Source of the DNA: an uncultured Planctomycetales bacterium | GTDB lineage: Bacteria > Omnitrophota > Gorgyraeia > Gygaellales > Profunditerraquicolaceae | Length of the DNA: 64,000 nt | Direction of reading: 5' to 3' | Assembly: GCA_964487475.1 (NCBI GenBank) | Contig: CAZAPM010000012.1 | Span: forward strand, 2,031-66,030 | Shown: piece after piece, positions 52,182 through 60,792 of the stretch | How positions within the stretch are numbered: the first letter of the stretch is position 1 | Layout of the letters: each line of letters begins with the position of its first letter | Position numbers and translations under genes: made by a program | Notes under the pieces: model-generated | What the model saw: the letters and a program-made list of their open reading frames with translations, nothing else | What the model was told of the DNA's origin: nothing | Databases searched by the model: none

Positions 52182-52681
52182 TCCTTCTCCACGGTATCCA
52201 GCTTGTCCAGGAACTCTTTGACCAGCGCTTTATCCTGGGATTCGGTCAGCTTTTCCTGCACCAGATGCTGCGCCGCCTGCAGGGAAAGATCGATGATCTC
52301 TTTTTTCAGCTCGCGCTTTGCCTGGCCCATCTCGTATTTGATATCTTCGCGGGCCTTTTCGATGATCTGCTGGGCATCGACATGCGCCTGCCGGCGGATC
52401 TCGTCCCTGGCCTTCTTGCCTTCATCCACCGCCTCGTTGACCGTACGGCGGGCCATCTCCTGCGCCTGGGAAAGCTGCTGCTGATAACTTTCCTTAAGCC
52501 GGGAGATCTCCTGCTTGGAAGTTTCGATCGCGGCGAACTCTCCGGCGATACGCTCCCGCCTGGCGTCGAGCATCGCCAGCAGCCTCTTCCAGGCGAACGC
52601 CTTCAGCAGGAAGAAAAGGATGAGAAAACTGACCAGCTGCGCGAAGACTTCGCTGGCGCTTATAAGCTTCAGCAGTTCCAT
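52178..52681 (-). CDS. atpF: ATP synthase subunit b
   Basis: 167 aa; one N-terminal TM helix and a long charged coiled coil. Confidence 0.8.
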   Translation of the reverse strand: MELLKLISASEVFAQLVSFLILFFLLKAFAWKRLLAMLDARRERIAGEFAAIETSKQEISRLKESYQQQLSQAQEMARRTVNEAVDEGKKARDEIRRQAHVDAQQIIEKAREDIKYEMGQAKRELKKEIIDLSLQAAQHLVQEKLTESQDKALVKEFLDKLDTVEKE

Positions 52682-52691
52682 ACCCGCTCCT

Positions 52692-52922
52692 TCAGAACTT
52701 GCCCATCAGGATGAAACTGAACACCAGCGCGTAGATCGCGATCGACTCGATGAACGCGCAGCCGATGGTCATGTTGATCAGCAGCTTGTTCGACGCTTCC
52801 GGCTGCCTCCCCATCGCCTCCATGGCGCGGGAAACGGCCATACCCAGCCCTAAGCCGCACCCGAGCGCGGCCATGCCTAAGCCGATAGGCAGACTTATCG
52901 CCAATGCAAACTTGTAATCCAT
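52692..52922 (-). CDS. atpE: ATP synthase subunit c
   Basis: 76 aa; two-helix hairpin with GxGxGxG motif (GLGMAALGCGLGLG) and the conserved carboxylate helix. Confidence 0.88.
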   Translation of the reverse strand: MDYKFALAISLPIGLGMAALGCGLGLGMAVSRAMEAMGRQPEASNKLLINMTIGCAFIESIAIYALVFSFILMGKF

Positions 52923-52935
52923 TTCATTCCTCCTT

Positions 52936-53697
52936 TTAATGATGCGATTCTTGAGCGTTCAAGAATATCGCGAAATACACCGTACTCAACAGACTGAACA
53001 CCAGCGCCTGGATCAGCGCCGCCAGCAGCCCCATGCCCAGCGCAAAGACCGTGAACGGCAGCCCCAGGATGCCGAAGTTCGCGAAGGTCGCCAGCAGCAG
53101 CTCGTCCCCCCAGATATTGCTGCGCAAACGCAGCGCCAGGGACAACGGCTTGAGCAATTCGGTGAGCAAATGCAGGGACAGCATGAACACCGGCAGGATC
53201 AGCGTCCAGGCCATGGCGCCGCGGGGGCTTCCCGCAAGGTGATCGACGTACTTCCTGATCCCCAGGGTCCTGATAGCCATATACTGCACATAGGCGAACA
53301 CGCACAGGGACAACGCGAAGGTCGCGGAGAGGCTGGCCGTGGCCGCTTTCATGAAAGGCAGGAGACCCAGCAGGTTCATGGAGAATATATAGATGAAAAG
53401 GGTGCCGATGAAAGGGGTGAATCTCCGGCCCTGGGGGCCGAGGATCCCGCAGACGAAGGAATCCAGCCCTTCCACCACGGATTCCGCGGCATTCTGCAGT
53501 TTTCCCGGGATGAAGGACGGCGCCCGGGAAGCCGCGAAGGCCAGGACGCTTAAGAGGCCCGCGGCGATCCCCGCGAACGCCACGAACTCCCAATGGCGCA
53601 ACACTGCTGCCGCCGGCAGATGCGGAAAGGCATCGGCCAGCAGCGAGAACACATCGGGTAACTCCGGCAAAACCCCTGCCGCGTGCGACTCGGACAC
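52936..53697 (-). CDS. atpB: ATP synthase subunit a (GTG start)
   Basis: 253 aa; five TM helices; conserved Arg-containing helix (LSLALRLRSNIWGDELLL). Confidence 0.85.
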   Translation of the reverse strand: MSESHAAGVLPELPDVFSLLADAFPHLPAAAVLRHWEFVAFAGIAAGLLSVLAFAASRAPSFIPGKLQNAAESVVEGLDSFVCGILGPQGRRFTPFIGTLFIYIFSMNLLGLLPFMKAATASLSATFALSLCVFAYVQYMAIRTLGIRKYVDHLAGSPRGAMAWTLILPVFMLSLHLLTELLKPLSLALRLRSNIWGDELLLATFANFGILGLPFTVFALGMGLLAALIQALVFSLLSTVYFAIFLNAQESHH

Positions 53698-53766
53698 GTT
53701 TCCCCCTAAAGCAAAAAAGCGTACCTTATCCTCGTTTCAAGAATAGGGACGCCGTTATCCTTTAAC

Positions 53767-53860
53767 AAAAAAACGCTCGCGCATTTCGAGCGAACGTCGT
53801 CATTGCCGCATTACCACTTTGTAATTATTTCAAGTATAGCGCAATTCTCCCGTTTGTCAA
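53767..53860 (-). promoter_or_regulatory. atp operon promoter (TTGACA-N16-TATACT) and ~130-nt leader: a +1 hairpin ATTAC-AAAGTG-GTAAT (hexaloop A1/G4), a 17-nt linker, then the terminator hairpin CGCTCG-AAATGCG-CGAGCG plus U7
   Basis: Minus strand: TTGACAAACGGGAGAATTGCGCTATACTTGAAATAATTACAAAGTGGTAATGCGGCAATGACGACGTTCGCTCGAAATGCGCGAGCGTTTTTTTGTTAAAGGATAACGGCGTCC…AGGGGGAAACGTG(start). Confidence 0.6.
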
Positions 53861-53873
53861 GGAATGAATGCGC

Positions 53874-54596
53874 TTAATGCCGCTTGCCCTTGATCTCGCG
53901 GGCCATGATCACCGCTTCCGCCACCTCGCGCATGGTCTTGCGGGAATCCATGCTCTGCTTCTGGATGAGACGGAACGCCTCCGCGGAGGAGACATTGGCA
54001 TCCTGCGAGAGTATGTCCTTGGCGCGTTCCACGAGCTTGCGGGTCTCCAGCGCTTCCTCGGCGCTTTGGGCGCGCAGGGAAAGCTCGGCGTTCTCGATGG
54101 CGATCGCGGCCTGGTTGGCCACGGCGGTCAGGATCCCCAGCTCGGGCTTGGTGAACTCCCTTTTCTTCGAAGTATAACAGTTCAGCACCCCGATCACCCG
54201 GCCCTTGACGGACAGAGGCACGCAGGCCAAAGACACCAGCCCTTCCTTCGCGGCGATATCCTGGTTCAGATAACGCGCATCCTTGCGCACATCCGGCACG
54301 CAGATAGCCTTGTTCTCTTTCGCCACCAGACCGGCGATCCCCTCGCCGAGCGGGATATTGGGCTTCTTGTTGTAACGCTCCGAGATCGACTGCGTGGATT
54401 TAACCACCAGCTCCTTGCGCTCCGGGTCCAGCAGCATCAGGGAGCAGATGTTGGAGTTCATGATCTCGGCGGTGATGTGCACCACCAGCCGCAGCAGCTC
54501 CTCCAGGTACAACCCCGAAGTGATGAGGTTGGCGACCTTGGAAAGGGCCTCGATCTGCTTAAAGTAGATCTGATAATGCTTGGTCTGCGCAGGCAT
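53874..54596 (-). CDS. GAF-ANTAR two-domain RNA-binding antitermination regulator
   Basis: 240 aa; N-terminal GAF fold; C-terminal ANTAR helices LETRKLVERAKDILSQDANVSSAEAFRLIQKQSMDSRKTMREVAEAVI (AmiR/NasR-type). Confidence 0.8.
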   Translation of the reverse strand: MPAQTKHYQIYFKQIEALSKVANLITSGLYLEELLRLVVHITAEIMNSNICSLMLLDPERKELVVKSTQSISERYNKKPNIPLGEGIAGLVAKENKAICVPDVRKDARYLNQDIAAKEGLVSLACVPLSVKGRVIGVLNCYTSKKREFTKPELGILTAVANQAAIAIENAELSLRAQSAEEALETRKLVERAKDILSQDANVSSAEAFRLIQKQSMDSRKTMREVAEAVIMAREIKGKRH

Positions 54597-54599
54597 ACG

Positions 54600-55763
54600 T
54601 TATTTCCTTTTCGAAGAGTTAAGGAACGACTCCATGCGGCTCAGTGCTTCCTTGAGATTCTCCAGGCTCGACGCATAGGAGATGCGCACGTACCCTTCTC
54701 CGCAGGTGCCGAACGCCGTGCCCGGCACCACTGCCACCTTCTGCTCCTTCAGCAGCCCCTGAGAGAACTCCATGGAGGAAAGCCCCGAGCTTTTGATCGA
54801 AGGGAACGCGTAGAACGCTCCCTGCGGCATATGGCAGGTCAGGCCGATGCGGTTGAGCTCCTTCGCCACGAACTCCCGCCGGCGGCGGTACTCGCGCTTC
54901 ATCTCCTCCACCTGGCTGCGGCATGAGGTCACCGCCTCCGCTGCCGCCATCTGGCTGGTGATGGAAACGCACATGATGGTGTACTGGTGGATCTTGGTCA
55001 TGCCCGCGATGATATCCTTAGGACCGCAGGCATACCCCACTCTCCAGCCGGTCATGGCGTAACCTTTGGAGAAGCCGTTAAGGTAGACGGTGCGCTCCTT
55101 CATCCCCGGCAACGTCGCCAGGGGCGTATGGGTGAAATCATAGGTCAGGTCGTCATAGACCTCATCCGAAAGGCAGATCAGGTCATGCGTGACGATGATC
55201 TTCGCAAGCTCCTTGAGCTCCTTCGCGGTATAGGACATACCCGTCGGGTTGGAGGGATAATTCAGCACGATCCCCTTGGTCTTCTTGTCGATCGCCTTTT
55301 CCAGCGCCTTGGGAGTAAGCTTAAAGCCCGTGGATTCGGTCTCCAGGGGGACTGCCGTGCCTCCCGCCAGTTCGACCACCGGGCAGTATGACACATAGCT
55401 GGGTACGGGAACGATGAATTTGTCGCCGGGGCTGGCCACGGTACGCGCCGCCAGGTCCACGCCTTCGCTCACGCCCACGGTAATGAGCATCTCCTCGTCC
55501 GGCGAATACTCCAGGCCGAAGCGGTGCTTCAGGTCGCGGGCGATGGATAAGCGCAGCTTGTAAAGGCCCTTGTTGGAGGTATAGGACGTGAACCCCTTTT
55601 CGAGGGAGAATATCCCCGCCTCGCGGATCTGCCAGGGGGTGACGAAATCCGGTTCGCCTACGCCAAGGGAGATGACGTCCTTCATCCCCAGCACCAGGTC
55701 GAAGAAGACCCGGATGCCGGAAGGCTGCATCTTCTGTACTTTCTCACACACCGCACACTTCAT
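54600..55763 (-). CDS. Pyridoxal-phosphate-dependent aminotransferase, class I/II (aspartate/aromatic aminotransferase-like)
   Basis: ~387 aa from MKCAVCEKVQKMQPSGIRVFFD…VISLGVGEPDF; PLP-lysine region NGFSKGYAMTGWRVGYACGP. Confidence 0.8.
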   Translation of the reverse strand: MKCAVCEKVQKMQPSGIRVFFDLVLGMKDVISLGVGEPDFVTPWQIREAGIFSLEKGFTSYTSNKGLYKLRLSIARDLKHRFGLEYSPDEEMLITVGVSEGVDLAARTVASPGDKFIVPVPSYVSYCPVVELAGGTAVPLETESTGFKLTPKALEKAIDKKTKGIVLNYPSNPTGMSYTAKELKELAKIIVTHDLICLSDEVYDDLTYDFTHTPLATLPGMKERTVYLNGFSKGYAMTGWRVGYACGPKDIIAGMTKIHQYTIMCVSITSQMAAAEAVTSCRSQVEEMKREYRRRREFVAKELNRIGLTCHMPQGAFYAFPSIKSSGLSSMEFSQGLLKEQKVAVVPGTAFGTCGEGYVRISYASSLENLKEALSRMESFLNSSKRK

Positions 55764-55765
55764 CA

Positions 55766-55809
55766 GGGACGCTCCTAAAGGGGACGCCCCTAAAGGGGAC
55801 ACCCCTTGG
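55766..55809. repeat. Three tandem 15-bp units GGGACGCYCCTAAAG (13-bp 5-3-5 near-palindromes AGGGG-ACG-CCCCT) abutting the aminotransferase start codon
   Basis: Read directly: gggacgctcctaaag gggacgcccctaaag gggacaccccttgg. Confidence 0.75.
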
Positions 55810-55863
55810 TAGAAAACCAAGCACCGGCCACATCCTCTTGGGCCGGATACCACTCAAATCAAC

Positions 55864-56349
55864 TCAATAAGAGATCGGTATTCTCTTATTATCCTCTTTT
55901 TGCTTCAAAATCACCCCATCCTCCTTATACTTCCTCAGGAGGAAATGGGTCACCACGCCCTTCACATTCTCCATCGGAGAAAGCTTCTCCGAAACGAACC
56001 TGGCCACGGTATGAAGGTCCTTTCCCTCCACAATCAGCAAGAGGTCATACGTTCCCGAGATCAAATAGCAGCTGGTAACCTCGGAGAACGCATAAATACG
56101 CTCCGCGACCTTATCAAAACCAAGATCCTTCTGAGGGGTGATATTGACTTCGATCAGCGCCCGCACCGCCGCACCGTTATGCTTGACCATCTCGGAATTA
56201 ATAACCGCCTTATATCCGAGAATGACCCCCTCTTTTTCCAATTTTTTGATGGCACTCTTCACAGCTTCGGGCTTGGAACGGGTCATTTTCGCGATATCTT
56301 CAGCCGTTGCCCTGCCGTGCTTTGCCAGTATCTCCAGGATCTCATCCAT
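55864..56349 (-). CDS. Lrp/AsnC-family transcriptional regulator
   Basis: 161 aa; N-terminal HTH (LDEILEILAKHGRATAEDIAKMTRSKPEAVKSAIKKLEKEGVI) and C-terminal RAM/AsnC_trans_reg domain. Confidence 0.85.
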   Translation of the reverse strand: MDEILEILAKHGRATAEDIAKMTRSKPEAVKSAIKKLEKEGVILGYKAVINSEMVKHNGAAVRALIEVNITPQKDLGFDKVAERIYAFSEVTSCYLISGTYDLLLIVEGKDLHTVARFVSEKLSPMENVKGVVTHFLLRKYKEDGVILKQKEDNKRIPISY

Positions 56350-56425
56350 GCCAGCCTCCCGTACAGTAGGAACAGGTCTCTCAGTAAATATAGGTAACTA
56401 TAACAGAAACAACCGACAAAATCAA

Positions 56426-56508
56426 GGGACGCCCCTAAAAGGGACACCTCTAGAACCACGCCAAGGGTGTCCCCCTCAAGGGCGTCCCCTTTAGGGGCGT
56501 CCCTAAGG
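56426..56508. repeat. Palindromic array of five 15-bp units (two direct GGGACRCCYCTARAA, a 9-bp centre, three inverted) upstream of the lrp promoter TTGATT-N17-TATAGT; the right end overlaps the HD-GYP stop
   Basis: Read directly: gggacgcccctaaaa gggacacctctagaa ccacgccaa gggtgtccccctcaag ggcgtcccctttagg ggcgtccctaagg. Confidence 0.75.
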
Positions 56509-57909
56509 TTCGAGGATGGCGAGAAAGGCTTTGACGACTTCGGGATTGAATTGCGTACCGGCGTTCTTTTTCAGCTCCACCACCGCCGCATCCCGGCTCA
56601 TGGCCGGACGGTAAGAACGCGGAGAGGTCATGGCATCGAACGCATCCGCCACGGAGATGATCTGCGCGAACATATCGATATGGTCCCCCCGCATGCTGTC
56701 GGGATACCCTTTCCCGTCGTAACGCTCATGATGGGCGCGCACCACCGCCAGCAACGCCTCGTCCACCAGCACGGGCTTGAGCACTTCCTCCCCAATCACG
56801 GGATGCTCGCGTATGATCTTCCACTCCTCATCCGAAAGCTTGCCCGGTTTATTGAGAATGCTTTCATGGATCACCAGCTTGCCGATATCGTGCAGTTCCG
56901 CGGCCTTCTCCAGCAGATCGACCCTTTGCGGAGAGAATCCCAGCTGGATGCCGATCCGGCGCGAATATTCCGCCACCCTCTCGGAATGCCCCTTGGTGTA
57001 CGCATCCTTGGCTTCCAAAATACGCACCAGGGACTGCACCGCCCGGTAAAAATACTCGTGCAGCCGCTTGCGGGAACGGGAAAGGCTTGAGGCCATGTAA
57101 TTGAAGGAGCCGGCAAGTTCGCTGATCTCGTCATGACCTTTGACATCCACCTTCACGTCCAGATCGTCCGCCGCGATACGCCGGGTAGCCTGCACCAGCT
57201 TCTCGAGCCGGCTCGTAAGCCGGTAGGAGATCGCCACCCCCAGCACCACCGCCCCCACCAGGCCGATCATCAGCACCAGGAGCATCCGCTGGCCCACCTG
57301 CCGCTGCAGCACCCTCACGTCATCCGCCAGCATATCCACACCCAGGATCGCCACCACCTTGCCGGAGGAATCCCGCAAAGGCGCATACCCGGAAAGCGTA
57401 GCTCCCCATTCATCCACCATGATCTGCTGGTCGGCCGCAGGCCCGGAAAACCCCCTGAGCATCTCGGGGAAACGCGACGCATTGTACGGATCCCCGGGAT
57501 AGGAACTGGGACTGCGCAGGCGGCCCTTCCCCGACGATGGTTCGGGATCCACGATAAACTGAAGCTGCCCCTTGGTCCGGGTCGGCCCTAATGTATACAC
57601 ATATTTGATCGAAGGCGCGGCGCGCTTGACCTTCAAAAGCTGCTCCGCCACCTTCCTGTATTCTGGAGTACCCACTCCCGCACGCTGCAGGGGAACCTGC
57701 GCCAGCGCATCCACATCCACGGAAACCGCCGCAGTCTGCGCGATCGCCATCAGGCGTTCGCGCAGCTGCAGCATCTGAGCCTGCAGGGAAAAACGGTAGA
57801 TCAGCAGGTTGCTCAAACCCACCATGGCCAAAAGCGCCAGCACCAGCACCACGGTCACCCGGATGCGGAAACTGCCCAGCAGATTGGCCGCCCTTTTCCC
57901 TTTTTTCAT
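56503..57909 (-). CDS. Membrane-anchored sensor with periplasmic domain, HAMP and HD-GYP phosphodiesterase domain (c-di-GMP hydrolase family)
   Basis: 468 aa; N-terminal TM; HAMP; HD-GYP motifs (…LHDIGKLVI… HHERYDGKGYPD). Confidence 0.8.
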   Translation of the reverse strand: MKKGKRAANLLGSFRIRVTVVLVLALLAMVGLSNLLIYRFSLQAQMLQLRERLMAIAQTAAVSVDVDALAQVPLQRAGVGTPEYRKVAEQLLKVKRAAPSIKYVYTLGPTRTKGQLQFIVDPEPSSGKGRLRSPSSYPGDPYNASRFPEMLRGFSGPAADQQIMVDEWGATLSGYAPLRDSSGKVVAILGVDMLADDVRVLQRQVGQRMLLVLMIGLVGAVVLGVAISYRLTSRLEKLVQATRRIAADDLDVKVDVKGHDEISELAGSFNYMASSLSRSRKRLHEYFYRAVQSLVRILEAKDAYTKGHSERVAEYSRRIGIQLGFSPQRVDLLEKAAELHDIGKLVIHESILNKPGKLSDEEWKIIREHPVIGEEVLKPVLVDEALLAVVRAHHERYDGKGYPDSMRGDHIDMFAQIISVADAFDAMTSPRSYRPAMSRDAAVVELKKNAGTQFNPEVVKAFLAILEP

Positions 57910-57910
57910 A

Positions 57911-59275
57911 TTAGAACTTGATCATGCATTCGGTACGCAGGAAGATCGCGTGATCCTGGTCCTGATAAAAATTCCCCGGGATCAGATAATCCGCCAGAAA
58001 ATATGTGGAGATGTTCTTGGTCAGCGCATACTCCACTTTCGACTGCAGCAGGTGCCCGCGGTTCTTGCCCTTGCCCGAAAAGACCGCGCTGGGCGCGACC
58101 TGCTCATTGGCCCACAGATAATTGTAATACCCGGATACCTTCAGTTTCTCGGTGAGGGCCGCCGCCGCTCCGGTACGCGCCATCTGCAGGTTGGTCCAAT
58201 ACCCGATGATCCCGGTCTCCGAAGCCATGCTCAGGTTATACAGCTCCGAGAGCCACGGGGAACGGTTGAACAGCGGATTGAACGCCTCCATCCTGTCGGT
58301 ACGCCTGCGGTCTCCGGAAAGATAGACGTACCCTAAGGTAGCCTTCGGCTTTCCCTTGAGGTCCGCAAAATCCTTATCCACGAACCCGTATCCTCCCACA
58401 CCCTGACGGTCGGCATCCCCGTAATCCCCGAACTGGCCGGCCAACTGACCGCGCAGCGTCCAGGCGCCCCAGGCATATTTGGCGAAGGACCCGATGGTGT
58501 TGATCTGCCCCTGACGCGCCTGCAGACCGGTACCGCCCTCCTCCGCTTCCACCTTATAGATATAGTAGGCTTCGAGCGCGAGGTCCTCGATCAACCCCTT
58601 ATTCTTCCAATATAATACCGCCGCTTCCTCATCGGTGGTATTAAGCGACTGAACGACCTTGTTGGTGTTGCGGTTACTGTAGTTGACCAGCCGGGTACGG
58701 TTGATCACCGGCAGCATCTCTTCGTCGCGCGGATTGTTGATGTAAAGGACGTCCAGCGTATTCTCCTCGTTGACGCGCCAGCTCGCCTTCGCCGCGTTGA
58801 AATAGAAGGTGCGGGATCCGTCGCCGGGAGTTCCGTCGCAGATCAGGAAGTTCTCCCCGTACATGTTCAACAGGTCCTGACGGCCGAGCCGGATGTCCAC
58901 CGGCCGGTCCAGCACATCCTTCACTTCCGCATACAGGTTATCAAAGACCACCTCGTTGATATCGAAATGGTATCCTTTTTTTGCCGCGCTCTTGTCCGTG
59001 GTCGTACCCCCGAAATACGTATAGGCCTTGAACTCGTTCGTCAGTTTCGCATACACACTGGCTTTCTTCTCGTATGCCAGCTGGCCCCAAAGCGAGGATT
59101 TCACGCGGAAGTAGTTGCGCACGTCGGACTGGTCATTGTCCATATCCTTCCAGTTCTTCCAATACTCGTGGCGCATACGCACCGCACCGCCGCCGGTAGG
59201 AGTGATCTCTGCCGATGCCCCTGACGCGCACAGCAACACTGCCGCCAACGCAACCGCTAACTTCTTCATATCCAT
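57911..59275 (-). CDS. Outer-membrane beta-barrel protein (porin-like, possibly alginate-export-family fold)
   Basis: 454 aa; signal peptide LAVALAAVLLCASGASA; aromatic-rich beta strands; C-terminal …ECMIKF. Confidence 0.5.
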   Translation of the reverse strand: MDMKKLAVALAAVLLCASGASAEITPTGGGAVRMRHEYWKNWKDMDNDQSDVRNYFRVKSSLWGQLAYEKKASVYAKLTNEFKAYTYFGGTTTDKSAAKKGYHFDINEVVFDNLYAEVKDVLDRPVDIRLGRQDLLNMYGENFLICDGTPGDGSRTFYFNAAKASWRVNEENTLDVLYINNPRDEEMLPVINRTRLVNYSNRNTNKVVQSLNTTDEEAAVLYWKNKGLIEDLALEAYYIYKVEAEEGGTGLQARQGQINTIGSFAKYAWGAWTLRGQLAGQFGDYGDADRQGVGGYGFVDKDFADLKGKPKATLGYVYLSGDRRRTDRMEAFNPLFNRSPWLSELYNLSMASETGIIGYWTNLQMARTGAAAALTEKLKVSGYYNYLWANEQVAPSAVFSGKGKNRGHLLQSKVEYALTKNISTYFLADYLIPGNFYQDQDHAIFLRTECMIKF

Positions 59276-59281
59276 CCTCCT

Positions 59282-60730
59282 TTATTTAAAAGCTTTCTCC
59301 AGCACCGCCTTAGAGGGCGGCTTGGTCACCGCGCTCACCAGCGGCACGACCAGAAACGGCACCAGCATGGCCAATGAGGCGGCCAAAGGCGCTTTATCCT
59401 GCCCCCAGGAGAAGAAAAGCACGGCGGCGGTCACGATCCCGCTCACCATCCCCGCCTTCACCCCGAGCAGCGTGGTGCGCTTCCAGAACAGGCCGTACAC
59501 ATAGGGCGCCATGAACGTCCCGGCCACCACTCCCCAGGAAAGGGACATCAAAGTCACGATAAAACTGATCTCGTAGCGCGCGATGAAATAAGAAAGCACC
59601 ACGAATATCCCGCTCATGAAACGGATCATCGCCAGAGAGCCCTTTCCCGAGATTTTGGGATTGATGTGCCCCTTGTAAAGGTCGATCGACACCGCCGAGG
59701 CCGAGACCAGGATCAGCGAGGATAGCGTCGACATGGAAGCGGAAAGCACCAGAAGCAGGATCAGCCCCATCAGCCACTCCGGAAGCTGGGCGGTCAACAG
59801 CATCGGGATGATGCGGTCGAAGGCCGGCTTGCCGTTGACCATGGGCAACTGATCGAAGAACAGGTGCGCCATGGCGCCTACCAGATAGGCGGTCACGGAG
59901 ATCACGGTCGCGAAAATGAGCGTCGCTACCGCAGCCTTGGGGATCACCTTCTCATCCCTGACCGCATAGAACTTCTGCACCATCTGCGGCATGCCCCACA
60001 CCCCGAAGGAGGTCATGAACACGAGCGCCGCCAGCGTCCAATTGTCCGGCTGCTTGGCCAGAGGCACGTGCTGCGCGTATCTCTCCATGATCTGCGGGAG
60101 GAGCGAAGATGCCCCGCCGGCTTTCGAGACCAGGACCCCGACCATAATGACGCTTCCCACCAGCATGATCAATCCCTGGATGAAATCCGTCAGGGTGATG
60201 GCAAAATACCCGCCCAGGATAAGATATAACCCGGTGATCCCCACCATCACCAGCAGCGCCACGTCATACGGCATGTTGAAATTGGCTTCGAAGAGATGGC
60301 TCAAGCCCTTGAACACCGAGGCGGAATACGGCAGCAGGAACATGAAGATGACGGTCGCCGCGAACATCTTGAGGAACCTTCCCCCGTACCGCTCCTGCAG
60401 GAACTCCGGCATGGTCATGACCTCCAGGTTCTTGGTCATGCGCCGCGTCCGCGCGCCCAGCACCATCCACGCCAGAAAAGACCCGATAAGGGCGTTGCCG
60501 GCGGCGATCCACAGGCCCCGCAGGCCGAACCCCCAACCGATCTTGCCCGCGAACCCGATAAAGACGACCGCGGAAAAATACGTGGTGCCGTAGGCGAACG
60601 CCGAGATCCACGGCCCGATGCTGCGGCCGCCCAGGAAAAAATCGTTGAGGCTGGTGGTCTTCTTCATCCCCCAAAGCCCTATCCCCACCATGCCGCACAG
60701 GAATACCGCAAGTAGAATAGCTGAGAACAC
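59282..60730 (-). CDS. Sodium:solute symporter family (SSF) transporter
   Basis: 482 aa; ~13 TM helices; SSF-like N-terminal region. Confidence 0.75.
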   Translation of the reverse strand: MFSAILLAVFLCGMVGIGLWGMKKTTSLNDFFLGGRSIGPWISAFAYGTTYFSAVVFIGFAGKIGWGFGLRGLWIAAGNALIGSFLAWMVLGARTRRMTKNLEVMTMPEFLQERYGGRFLKMFAATVIFMFLLPYSASVFKGLSHLFEANFNMPYDVALLVMVGITGLYLILGGYFAITLTDFIQGLIMLVGSVIMVGVLVSKAGGASSLLPQIMERYAQHVPLAKQPDNWTLAALVFMTSFGVWGMPQMVQKFYAVRDEKVIPKAAVATLIFATVISVTAYLVGAMAHLFFDQLPMVNGKPAFDRIIPMLLTAQLPEWLMGLILLLVLSASMSTLSSLILVSASAVSIDLYKGHINPKISGKGSLAMIRFMSGIFVVLSYFIARYEISFIVTLMSLSWGVVAGTFMAPYVYGLFWKRTTLLGVKAGMVSGIVTAAVLFFSWGQDKAPLAASLAMLVPFLVVPLVSAVTKPPSKAVLEKAFK

Positions 60731-60792
60731 TCTTCTCCTCCTGTATGCGCGTACCTATTAATAAAGAACGCCTGTTCCCGCGTTCGCGTACA

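Noticed and set aside
55766-56508. Short GC-rich tandem repeats considered as a CRISPR array
   Set aside because: Units are 15 bp with no intervening unique spacers, only 3-5 copies, partly inverted, and no cas genes are nearby. They fit transcription-factor (Lrp-type) operator arrays far better.
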